NCBI GenBank assembly: GCA_965637545.1
Contig: OZ281496.1
Coordinates: forward strand, 5,766,001-5,830,000
DNA length: 64,000 nucleotides
Origin: Phallusia mammillata
Taxonomy: Eukaryota
Direction: 5' to 3'
Shown here piece after piece: positions 50,372-62,210 of the stretch; the first letter of the stretch is position 1, and the number at the start of each line of letters is the position of its first letter. Below the pieces are notes generated by a model. It was not told the DNA's origin. It saw nothing but the letters and a program-made list of their open reading frames with translations, and searched no databases. Made by a program: the position numbers and the translations under genes.

Positions 50372-52023
50372 CACATGTGAACCCAGTACAGAGATACGCC
50401 GAAAACACATAAGCATGGCACTAGAAGTTATGACGTCTCGGGTTCGGCTGTTGTGTGAAGCAATTGTTCAACAAAATGTTTCAGATACGTTCTGGTTTGA
50501 CTTCAACAAACCTGAAAATGTTTACTACTTTACCGCTACTGGGATAGAGGCGTTCAGTTTCGAACCACGAAACATAAGAACCTAATTTGAAGTGGTAAGC
50601 TGATGACAATTTCCACACAAATATAATAATGTAATCTTACAGAAGTTATGATAGGGATCCAACTAATGGCTACGAAGTACACATGATATAAGTAAACTGT
50701 ACTTTTGTAGCCTCGGAGAAAGTCTCCACTTTTATTGTGCTGCTTGTTCGTACTTGGTGGGAGATTTAATATATTGCACCGGTAATGACTTGGCCGTAAA
50801 CCATTGTGCTTGTCACACTTTACTTGTTTTCGGGCGTCAGTGATAATTAATTAAGCGACATTATCTTCACGGAAATAAGCAAATATGAAGCGAAACGCTG
50901 CGACAAATCCAGCGTGTCGAATCAAATCACGTGATCAAATACGTCAACCTGATTTGCTGAGCTGAGGGGCATAAAAGTCGTGTGGCGCTGCTTAGAGAAA
51001 AGTTTAATGCCAAACTACAACCTAAATTACCAAATCCTTGGGAAGTCGAAGATTAGTTGCTACTGAATAGATTGTTGTGTTATTGATGGATGTTACAACT
51101 ACTGTACAATCGTGCAAATTGGAATTTTAACGCACATATTTTATAAATTAGCAACGGGATAAAGCGAGTGTGTTAACCAAACCACGTGATCAAACATAGC
51201 AACCTGATTGGCCGAGCTGTGTCACATGACACGGTTTGTAAATTGGTTACAACTAATTAAACCACCATGGCGCTGATTTGACGAGAAGCATGGTTCTTTT
51301 TTTTTCTCAACAAGACGCTTCGGCCCAGTGAGAAAGTTAGAAACACTTTCATTTTACTTCGGATCTCCACTTTGTCCAGTTTCAAAGCTTTAACCCGTTG
51401 AAAGGTTTTAAGTTTTATTACGTTCCCTTCTGTAGGTATAAAAACTCCGTGGTTAGGTAAGCATCAGTTAATACACAACCTGCAACATGTTGGGTAATTT
51501 GTTATGAGCGCACGGTCTTTATTAAAGCTTATTCTTCCGCAGGCATAAGAGCACCTTTAAACAAGTATTGGAAAATACAATTTGTCATGAGCTCAAGGCA
51601 TTCTTCCGCTCGTTGCTAAACACAGAGTAAGCGCGCAAGCGGGACCTGTACGTCATACGCCGAAAGTTAATGAAAACATCAACTACACTGTTAAAAAATT
51701 TTACTGTGAAAACCACTGGCAGCAGATTTTACGTGTTTAACACGTAAAATCTACTGCGACTTCCGCAGTAACATTTTACGTGTATTTTCACGTAAAAACA
51801 CTAAAAATACGTGAATTTCACCGTAAGAAATACGCGTCCGATCCCAGTAAAAATTACTGCCATAATCACTGTAAAATTTACGTGCTAAACCACTGGCAGC
51901 AGTTTTTACCCCAAATATCCTGGTAAATTTCACTGTAAAAATACCTGTAAAATACTGCACCACAATGACTGTCAAGTAGATGTTTATTTTAACGAAGACC
52001 GACTGATATGCAGTAAAAATCAA

Positions 52024-53460
52024 GCAGCACTATTCTGTGCAGATTGGATTAGCCTGCCAAGGGCCAGTACTTTTGGGTGCGTTCCACCTACACACCTTCG
52101 TTTCCCCTTAGTCCCGGATTCATTGATTTCAGCAAAGTACCTGCACAAAAGATATTATTTTTTTACAAGAACCAGACACTTAAAAAGTTCAGTTTTACCA
52201 AATAGAGTTTATCAAAATTAAACACACACACACACGCACGCACGCACTTGTTTTCGAGAACTTTGCATTCCAACTTGATTTTGTGAATGGTGGCAGCAAC
52301 TGATGGCTTTGCCATCGCCTTCAAAGCTCTGTAACAAATGTGTAAGGTTACCTATAACATACAAGTATTTTAAGTTTAAAAATAATCATTACTTGTATGT
52401 TCGAAAGCTTCGATTTGACATTCTCATTGGAATTTCCTTGGCATCATAGTTTAAAGCCAGAAGTTGCTCATAATGTTGAAACAGACATCGTGAGTTGGTC
52501 AAAAATGGCCATTTCTTTAAAATCTCGCTTACTGGAACATTTGTGTTAATATCATCTCTTTGTTGGGAAAAGGTTCTTTTCATTAGCTCTAATACTCTGT
52601 TCATATTTTGGTCTTGTTTTGTAAATTCAGTTATTAACCAATTTTCAGATGTTGTAGTGGTTGAATTATCATCATCAATAATTGTAGTGGAATGTTGGGA
52701 AGTTGTTTCATTTAGTTGATCAAGTTTATTTTCCCAGCGATAAAATAACTTTTTCCCAGCGATAAAATAACTGATTGGAAATGGAAGTATGGCCATTTCC
52801 AATAGGAACCCCATCCACCATGTCAAGAAAGGATTTTGGGTATCTTGATACAATACGGTAGGCAATTTTATCTAAATTTTTTCTTCCAGGCTTTTGTGTC
52901 AGCTAAAAACAATCAAAACACATGTGCTGCAGATATTACCTAAAAGAGCAAAGAAATCAATGTACATACTTTTAATACTTCTTCAATTGTTTTGTGAATG
53001 AATTCTTTTCTTTCCATTATCTTTGGCATGTGGCCATTTTCCAGACATTGTATAAGTACAGGAGAGCATCGAGCCCAAGGAATTTTAAAGGTGTAAATCC
53101 ACTGCATCGATCCTTCACTACTACTAAAGCTGGTGTTAAGTTCGGACTCAAGTGGTTCCGTTGAAAATCCAGAATTTGATGAAACTAAAAAAGTAACAAA
53201 ATAACATGTGCTGTGACCATATAATTCTTAATACTGGTATCGGTACAAATGAACAACAAATTACCTGGTTGCAGGTTGGCTGCTTTGAGTAGTTTTCTTG
53301 CTTGTACTAGATTAAACTTTATTAGAAGATCCTCCAATTCTAGATGTTGCAAATCACTTGCATCCCGAACACCAAGGGTGTGCAAGTGTGAAACACATTC
53401 TTCGAACTTGGCAGGATTTTCCTCCAACTCTGGAAGTAGTTTTAACAAAGTAGCCTCCAT
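52024..53460 (-). pseudogene. Spliced accessory gene of the CACTA element (N-terminal SAM-like domain, SAMD3-like)
   Basis: Exon 53265-53460 (LHTLGVRDASDLQHLELEDLLIKFNLVQARKLL), exon 52970-53184 (FKIPW), then LMKRTFSQQRDDI...ILKKWPFL. Frameshifted by a 22-bp tandem duplication at 52729-52772. The 3' exons are tentative. Confidence 0.7.
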
Positions 53461-53538
53461 TTTTAAGCATAAAATAAACCTAAACACAGATGCATTGTTT
53501 CAAAACAAACATTGCTTTTTGGTCAATGGCATATACAT

Positions 53539-55869
53539 TCAGTGGCAATTTGTTAAACAATTCATCAATGCAAACACATTTGAAAGCACCATCATGATTA
53601 TTGACTTCATATACACCATGTTGTGGGAAAAATGAGCAAATTTAGGGAAAACAACAAAGTACAGTTTAGATTCTACAATAAAAATGGCATGTATAACTCC
53701 CACTTGTAAATCATATCCAAGTTTTGATAAAACAACAAGCATGCCTGCAACATAAGTGACACCTTGGAATTTTGCAGAAGTTAGCAGAACACATTTCCAC
53801 ACATCAAAACCACTATTTTGAATTACAGTCATTATTGTACCAGAAAACTGAGTTGGTGGTGAAACAGCAACAATATCAGGGCCAAAAAATGAATTTTCAA
53901 GCAAGCATGCCTGGAGCAGCTGATGGCTATGGGCTAAAGTTGAACAAACATTAATAAAGTTTTTTGTACGTCGGATGACCTGTTTAAAGTAAGAGTGCTT
54001 ACTTTCAAACCGGAGAGTTGATGCATGAGCTATGGGACCAAACTGAATTATAGACCAAGGGTAATGTCTCATGTAATGATGCTTTGGGCGTAAGGGCACA
54101 TTGGGAAATGCCATAACTCTGTTGTGCAAATACTTAAAAGTCAAAAATTTTAAATGACAAACAGCAGCTTTGCTGATTGATGAAGATGCCACAATTTCAG
54201 TTATTAAACGTAAAGTTAACACAAGTTTCCATACTGGGTCTTCCACATCTTTCACTTTTGCAAAAATAAACAACGGAAACAGGCGGAGAAAGCACCAGTT
54301 TTGACTAGCATTGCCTACCAGTCTTTTTCCACTAAGAGCAATTCTGGTTGGTTTGCTTATCCGATCTTGATTTATGTATTTAAACCCCCTTAATTTAAAG
54401 TTAAGATAATCAACACTAAACCATTTCCTTTTAACAAAATAATTAATAAACAGCATCATGTCATACTGTATCACCCCTTCAAACATATCATGGGCTATGC
54501 ATGGTGGTAAACCAGGGGAACATACATGAAAATACTGCAAATCATTGAAAATGCTATTTTGCTTAATCCCCTGATTGTGACTGGAGAAAGAACCAGGTTC
54601 TTTATGCAGACATAAATTGTAGGACTCAATTGTCCTCATTGGACTTTCAACAGCCCAATCTCTTTCAATGTCATCTTGAGTGATGGTACAGTATCGGCAA
54701 ATATGAGATACTGTGCTAAAGTTGGAGGTAAACCCACCAATCTGGTGACTGCCAAGATTGTCACCAGCTATGCATAAAATGCTTCCATAAACTTTTGTTG
54801 CAAATCCCAAATCGATTCCATTACTTTCTAAAAAATTTAAATCATTGATTAAAGGTCGAAGAACTGTGTTCATAGTATTTGCATTAAAATGTTGATCTTT
54901 GCACAGCAGAACAAGTTGAAAGTTGTCAGTTTTAGACCGATTAAATGGATAGGAGTTTGCAAGTGTAAAATAAACTCCCAACACTTTATGTTTTCTTTTA
55001 GCTGACCCCAGAGGGTTTGCAATTTCAAAAGCATCTTGGTATAACAAGATCTTTAGCGTCTTATCATTTCTTGTGAAAAATGAGTTTTGTTTCCACACTA
55101 GACCATCAGAAAAATCAGTCAAATTGGATGAACTTGTTTTCGGGTAAAGAAACTGGTATTGTACAGTTTCATCAGTGAACAAAGCTTGTAATGTTTGTAT
55201 AATTGGAACATACTGAAAGGTTGCTTCAGCATTACACTCCAAAAACACTTTTATTTCAACTGGAGCAACATAATGGAAGTGACTTTGCAAGTACTGTTCC
55301 CTTAAATGGGCTGATTTAAGTGGCCCTTTGTCATACAATGCTTGAAACTGGTCTTGATCTTTAACATCTTGCAAAACCTTTAGTATTATATCTTCAGGCA
55401 GCTCATAGTTTGCTAGCACAGTTTGAAGAGTGCCTTGCATTATTGCAGAATATTGACTAAAAAGTCCCTGGATATGTAATACAATTTTCTTTACTGTGCT
55501 TGCTGGAACTAAGTACTTGTTTTGGAGCATGAAATAAAACCACACAAAAGATCGGGTGATATCTGTATCATTGTGAGTGCTTTTGGAGAAATTAACTTCT
55601 TTTAATATTTGTACTTCAGAGGAAAAAGTTTCATTATCTGGTTCGGCTTGAGATTGAGCAATTTCCTTACTGTTAACCATGTGACATCGTGACAAGTGGA
55701 ATGAAAAAGATGACACGATTCTGTACTTTTTGTTACATGTAAAAACAGGACAAGCAACTTCAAACCCCAATCGCAAGTGTTGTTTGATATGTTTGACTAG
55801 GGGTCCAATGGAATCAAAACACATTTTACATGTCTCCAAAGAACATACAAAATTATATTCACTATCCAT
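53539..55869 (-). CDS. EnSpm/CACTA-type transposase with N-terminal C2H2-like fingers
   Basis: LYQDAFEIANPLGS, GDNLGSHQIGGF, CRYC, HDMFEGV, PKHHYMRHYP and TLRFESKH. Probable 1-bp deletion in the A5 run at 53628-53632. Confidence 0.9.
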   Translation of the reverse strand: MDSEYNFVCSLETCKMCFDSIGPLVKHIKQHLRLGFEVACPVFTCNKKYRIVSSFSFHLSRCHMVNSKEIAQSQAEPDNETFSSEVQILKEVNFSKSTHNDTDITRSFVWFYFMLQNKYLVPASTVKKIVLHIQGLFSQYSAIMQGTLQTVLANYELPEDIILKVLQDVKDQDQFQALYDKGPLKSAHLREQYLQSHFHYVAPVEIKVFLECNAEATFQYVPIIQTLQALFTDETVQYQFLYPKTSSSNLTDFSDGLVWKQNSFFTRNDKTLKILLYQDAFEIANPLGSAKRKHKVLGVYFTLANSYPFNRSKTDNFQLVLLCKDQHFNANTMNTVLRPLINDLNFLESNGIDLGFATKVYGSILCIAGDNLGSHQIGGFTSNFSTVSHICRYCTITQDDIERDWAVESPMRTIESYNLCLHKEPGSFSSHNQGIKQNSIFNDLQYFHVCSPGLPPCIAHDMFEGVIQYDMMLFINYFVKRKWFSVDYLNFKLRGFKYINQDRISKPTRIALSGKRLVGNASQNWCFLRLFPLFIFAKVKDVEDPVWKLVLTLRLITEIVASSSISKAAVCHLKFLTFKYLHNRVMAFPNVPLRPKHHYMRHYPWSIIQFGPIAHASTLRFESKHSYFKQVIRRTKNFINVCSTLAHSHQLLQACLLENSFFGPDIVAVSPPTQFSGTIMTVIQNSGFDVWKCVLLTSAKFQGVTYVAGMLVVLSKLGYDLQVGVIHAIFIVESKLYFVVFPKFAHFSHNMVYMKSIIMMVLSNVFALMNCLTNCH

Positions 55870-58084
55870 ATTCCTAAAACTTTCTTCAAAACAAAAACCA
55901 TTATAATACAGGTATCAATAAGACTTGTCAAGTTGTTTACATACCACTTACCGTACCTGTATTGGCGTCTTACACAGCTACTGGATCGCAAGTTTAACTT
56001 GTAAACCCTAATTTGTTACTTATACACAAAATTAGGATTCAAAATTAGGTAATTGACGTAAAAACGCAAATTGACACTTTACTCTTAATCGAGCAGACAA
56101 CATCACCCCGCAGACAACTTTGCCCGTAACTTCTGAGAGAACTCTCTTAGACAAAAGAGAAAAAAGAAATTGCGCGATTGTGATTGGTTGGCTTTCCTGC
56201 ACCAACGAAACCACGCCGTTTTTACGGAACAGCATGCGTAAAACGATTTTACTGAAAAATCTTACGCGGCCGCACACAGTAAAATTTACGAACTTTTTTA
56301 ACAGTGTATATCAAGCACAAAATCTCTGCAAAGTCTTTGGTACCAAAACACAATACGTCCTACAAATTAATAATTTTAAATCTTACTTGCAACTCGACTC
56401 AAAACATTGGACTGATGCGTATAAGAGCGAAAGGGTATTTCGATTTAGTTAAGTCTCGCGATAATTCCGTGATATAAAATAACGATAGCATTTAATTGGA
56501 AGTCGTACAATTTCGAACAATCCGATTCTCCATTATGATTACCACTGACATGAAACTTTCTGCCTAGAAAATTGAAAATAAACGTGTGTGATAAAAACTG
56601 TTGTTGCCCAATTAACGGTGGATGTATGTTGCATGCGTGATAAACCATTGTATACGTCATAGCTTATATGGGATGGCAAAATAAACCGAAAATACACGAG
56701 CTTGATTCGTTGTAAGGGAAAAAAACACGGTTAAATAGTGTCTCCCGCCAAAGAAAATCCAGAAGGAGCATACTGCAGTAAACTCAAGCATATGTTCTCT
56801 GCATCGTTTTATTTCTTTCTGGTTTGAGCACATACATATGGTTAAAACTTTAACTGTATTGCTACAGTACAATATTTCTCAACCTTATACTAATCACGCA
56901 ACACCGAAACCATGTTTGCTAAGACCAAGGCGTGGGCCTATTTTTTCAAACAGGCTAGGATATTTCCGAAACCAGCAAGGTTAGCGATCCTAAAAGTATG
57001 TCCAAGACACGCGTTTCCCTCCAACCAGGGCTAATCATATGATTTTGAAATAAACATATTTTCCGCAGATGTTGTTGGAAAGATCCATCAACTCTCTCCA
57101 ACATGCACTCTGTTGCACTACCTAGCGGTCGCTCTTTTTTAGCATTTTTTTTCATTGACATTGGGCTGAAAATTGTAAGAGACTGAATGCACCATTCTTA
57201 GTGATACTGTAGATATTTAATTATCAAAATTGAAAACTTTAATTTAAAACCTCGGCGAATCACAGGTCGGGAAGCACTGCTTCAGTTAAACAGTTTTTTT
57301 CCAAGCTGCAGAATCACAGCGCTTTGCATCACATTAAAGGGCTCAATTGGATTATTTGGTTGGTTACTGCATTGGTTTTCGCGATTATGCAGAAGCAAGT
57401 TTCGTGGCGGGTCAAGTAAATTTCGCATTGACAGCACAATAACAGCACCATGCAATGAGGGACTACAAAGTAACGAAGTAAACTTTCTAGAAATATTTCG
57501 GTCTTCCACCCGATTGACGACTTTAGCGCACTAAACCAAATAAGTTAGTTGGGCCTCGCAGTAGTTTAACCATAGCATTCGACTTTATGGCTTTTATTTA
57601 CTAGTAAATTTTATTCCTTAATAAAATTAATTGCTTCAGTTTTCTACTTTTTCACCCTTTTATCACGAACATACAACGGTTGCAAAATAACATCTGGCAG
57701 ACTAATTGTTAAATGGGTTTCAAGCTGTTGCTATTCTAAACGCCAGTTTATACAGCGGACCGAGCTGTTCTTATTCTGATTTGATGGTTTTTTGCATAAA
57801 AAACTGTTTTTCATACAGTGCAATAGTTTACCTCAATTCAAAAAACTTTAAATTTGACCAAAGGGAATAACACAATAAGCTTTACAAATACAGTTAGATC
57901 GTTAAAAGATTACGCCACGATACCGTATTGGTCCAGTTTTTTGCATTGTGTTTTGGGGTTTGCCATGGTTTGCGCCTGTAAGCCCTAAGTACAGAGCAAT
58001 GTGTTCTGACGTATATATGAAAACCTGAACATACGAGGTGTTTTAGCTGAGAGGCACCGGTGGTATTGTTGGTATTCCTGAAAC

Positions 58085-58975
58085 GATTTTCAGTAAATGA
58101 ACATTGTTTACATATTGTTTTAACACAGTGTATCGAGAAGAACGCTATAATAGGCGTTTCACACAGTTAAATGTAGCGGCATCGATACAGGGGAAGCGAC
58201 GCAACTGTCTTAATCCGGTTTGAATCACCTGCGTTGTGTTACGGGGCTTGCGCTGTTTAGGCTGTAAGTCTTAATTGGGCCACTGTATGTTATAATGTAG
58301 ATAAGGAAACCCGGTTGTCACATACAAAGAGTTTCAGCAGAGCGGTAGCATTATGATACCAGCTCTGACGAAAGCAAATATACTTAGTTGTAAGAGATTA
58401 GATACGAGCTCTTGTACTGTAACATATGTGTTAGTAATGTATTCCACAATTATGTGCATTTGCGAATATGTTTGAACGTCTTGTGGCGTAAAATTGATAC
58501 ATTTGTTTGTTATATTCTAGTCATATGTTCGCAGTTGATAGTTAGTAGAGTTAATCATTTAAAAAAACGGCAAAAATGTCACTTCGACTCCTAAAGTTTG
58601 CTCCTTTTGTCTGCTCGACGAGTTTAACGCACAAGGGTAAGTGTTTTTTTTTAATTTTGTTTCATCAAAAAAGGTGTCGAGTTTTAAGTGTAGTTTTTAT
58701 CTTTTAGATCTAAGTACATAAAAGTGTAGTCATTCGCCCTTAAGATTGTATATGGCGAACGATTACATACACAAATGTATAATTTATATAATCTTACATA
58801 ACTTATATATGTAGAATGCAACATAAAATACTGCCAAATATATACTTCCTTGGCTAAAATAACTTTACTTGGGCGCCTACAAGAAAATGATGTTTTGTAG
58901 CATAAAAGAGTTTAATTATTCTCTTGAAATTACATGTCACTGCAGCGCAAAGTGTGACGTCATATTTTGTTACTG
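58085..58975 (+). repeat. Diverged dispersed repeat with related copies at ~59690-60060 and ~63560-64000
   Basis: Shared ATTTTCAGTAAATG, AACACAGTGTATCGA, AAGCGACGCAACTGT, TTAGATACGAGCT and CACTGCAGCGCAAAG. Confidence 0.78.
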
Positions 58976-61832
58976 TCGTGAAATTGTCGAGTTGAGTTTA
59001 TTTCGCTTCGTCAAATAAAATGTAGCGACACAATAGCACTAAAACAATCACTAAACCGGAAATAGCTGCGGAACGTTAAAACGGTTTTGAACGCAAAAGA
59101 GCGAATGAAACAGTTGGTAGATAATGTCTGAACGCATTGCTACACTATAAAAAGGCGTTATGTAACCGGAGCTGACAAGGAAGGAAGTTTGGTGCATTGT
59201 GTGTAAACACGACTAGGGGAACGTTGGTTTGGAAAATTCCGGCGGGTCCAAGAAACTAACCACTCGGGTTAGGGAATGTTGGTGGTGTTGAACAGAAAAC
59301 GAAACCACCGAAAGAAATTTTGTCGAATAATTTCGTGCGCGGAAAAAAGAACACATATATTTTTTTATTATTGAACTAGTAAGTAAAAAGTCATTAAAAG
59401 GGCAACATTCATATTAAATGACGTTGAAGATAACAGTTATAAAAGGGATCAATATTTAAACCAGCCCAAAAATAACAAACACAAAAATAAATAAACCAAA
59501 CAATATATTACCAATGAACAAACACGAAAAGAAGCCAAACACACACGTTGATAAATAAAGCAAAAGAACAAATAATAAAATAAGAGAGGCATGGCACACA
59601 GCGCGTCTGTCAGCAGATGAAGACATTACGACGCTTGGAAAGAGAACAGTGCAAAACTTGGCCGAATGGTCTGGCGCGCCTGATATAGCTGAAGCAATTT
59701 TCAGTAAATGTGCATCGTCTGCATCTTGTTTCAACACAGTGTATCGAAAGGAACGCCAGAGACTCACGTGGGGTACATAATACGCGTTAAGCACAGTTGG
59801 ATAGAGCGGCATCGTTACACAGTAAGCGACGCAACTGTATCCATCCGGTTTTAATCACTTGCGTTGTGTTACAGGGCCTGTGGTGTTTACGGCTGTAAGC
59901 CTATAGGCCACAGTGTGTTATAATGTAAGATGATGAAACCCGCTTGAAACATATGAAAAGTTTTAGGACATAGATGGCATTGTGATACATTATGATCTGC
60001 CGAAGCAAATGTATTTAGTTTAACGTAGTAATGTATTACAAAATCATTTGCATTTGTAAATGACTAAACGACTCTTTCAGGTCTTTTGTGCTCAAAACTT
60101 TATTTTGAAGCAAGTCAAGTATATTTGACATAATCTGGCTCTTTGGTGGATTTGTGAGACCTTTTGGAGTCACTGTTTGTTTGGTGCAATTGTAACTCAA
60201 ATTTCAAACAACAAACTCATCAAACCATTGCCAGCAAAAACTTTTCTCTTTGATTTATTGTTTTTTAACCAGCGACCTAACGTCCTAGGCGTATTTCAAA
60301 CAAGCGGACTGTTGCAGTGGTATAACATGTAACGCCCTTTAAAACCCCAAACATGATCTTTTTGTTTCCATAATGGATCGATGCATTCAAACTCAAACAA
60401 ATTTTTCGCTGGAAATGGCATTTGTTTCGATCCTCATTTTGGCGACAGAGCCGCTATCATTTTAACCAAGTTTTTGATCTCGTGATTGTTCGGGTTAAAA
60501 TTGATTTATATAGCCGGTTTATCATATGACAGATATTCTCTGCATTATCTAATAAGTTTGAATGATCCGGGATTTTTAATTACATGGGATTTAATGCAAC
60601 GGTCAATCTTGAAGGTGACTTCTTTATTTTTTGCTTTTTGTTACAGGGTTCGAACAAAGGCCCTTTACAAGTGGGAATATCCGGTTTAATGTATTAAGCT
60701 TCTCTATTCCACCAAGTTTCTGACAAATAGAAACTGTTTTCAAACAGGGTTATAGGACCTCTTTTAACATTGGCGAAGCGTAGTGGATGATGGAGTTTCT
60801 AAATTTGAATATCCAATCTAGGTACACTTGTATTTTTCGACACTCTCTGTTTTGGTATCTATGCAACAGTTACGACAGTTGCGCAAAATTAAACAAGTTT
60901 TCAATCTCAAGTATAAAATAGTACAAAAATGTGTTCTTAATGTTTGTGCCAGTAACAAAGAAGTTAATTCTTTTGTTGTCCAGCTAATACTACGCGATTA
61001 AAACCCTTCAATTTTTAAGCACTACAGCTACAAATGTTTTTGTGTGTATGAAAATAAATTGTGTCTACTAATGATCTGGATCGTAGTAATGCACACATAT
61101 TGTGCAGGATCAATAATGCTACAATAAAATTCAGTAAGAGCCCACATCTCTAAAACTGCATCAGTCGTTCTGGACATTACCCTTCTGCCAAGCTTTATTT
61201 GAACACCAACTGTTGGCTTGTTGGTCCTATTGGTCCACTATTTAACGAACAAACAAACAAATCCTAGATACAGACTCAAAAAACAAAAATGTTGCCCTAA
61301 AAACGTATTACAACTATATTACAACTTTGTGTTTATACGTTTAGGACCGCCACCGTCACCGCCACTGCCATCCGTCGTATGCAGGGAACAAAATTTGACC
61401 ATTGCGTAAGTTGAAGATTTTTCGTTTAAATTGCTATGACTTGTGGATATACTGTATAACATTAAAAAAGCAGTTAATGTCTTAACCGCCATATTCAATG
61501 TCCTCATGCTTCTGAACATCTTTTAAATAGTTGCAAATGTAGCTTATTATTAAATCTTGTCAAATCAGCATATAAAAAATGCTCACATAGGGGGATATGA
61601 AACTGACTAATTCTTTTTTATGATTCAAAAAAGTAATAAATTAATTAAATCTTCGCAGAGTAACAGGTCAAGAACTACAGACACTTGATTATGAACTTGA
61701 TGACACACTTTACATCGCATTAGAACGGGAAGCTCCCCTTTCTCAACTCAATGGCAACCGCAAGGTCACGGGGTCAGATCCGGTGTTCGTGTTTGACTTG
61801 GGCGAGTGTGAAGCAATCCATAAGGTAATATG

Positions 61833-62210
61833 CAGGGTTGCCATACCGTCCTTATTTCTAAGATTTGTCCTTATTTTGAAGGGCTATGTCTTAGAAAAGT
61901 TCGTTGTCCTTATTTCTAAGAAATGTCCTTATTTTTGACTGGAGTCCTTATTTTGTCTTATTTTCAACAATTACTATAGTCAAGTCCCTGCTAACTAAAA
62001 GTAAATCTAGAGCTGAGCTGTCATGAGATGGACTAAGTATTTTCTACGAACAAGGAGTTGCTGGAACAGATTGTTTCTGGCCAAAATATTGCAAATGGTA
62101 TGTCAGGACTATAAATGCAAAGATTTGTTCAAAAACGTTTGTTTCGTTTCGCATACAAATCTAATTTTTCGGTTGTCCTTATTTTTGGTTTCAAGTCGAT
62201 GGCAACCCTG
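61833..62210. mobile_element. hAT MITE
   Basis: TIRs CAGGGTTGCCAT / ATGGCAACCCTG and a perfect 8-bp TSD GTAATATG. Confidence 0.93.

Larger units (their letters stand above)
51686..56306 (-). mobile_element. Full-length animal CACTA/EnSpm DNA transposon (4.6 kb)
   Basis: 13-bp TIR CACTGTTAAAAAA / TTTTTTAACAGTG, 2-bp TSD TA, subterminal TTTTACTG/TTTTACGTG repeats, transposase and a second gene. Confidence 0.92.

Noticed and set aside
50415-50585. GCCVK-NCST motif suggesting a THAP domain
   Set aside because: Needs several frameshifts, and the remaining THAP residues are not recoverable.
61319-61519. Short ORF with a hydrophobic N-terminus ending ...GGGPKR, suggesting a neuropeptide precursor
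   Set aside because: No supported splice structure or homology; consistent with chance.
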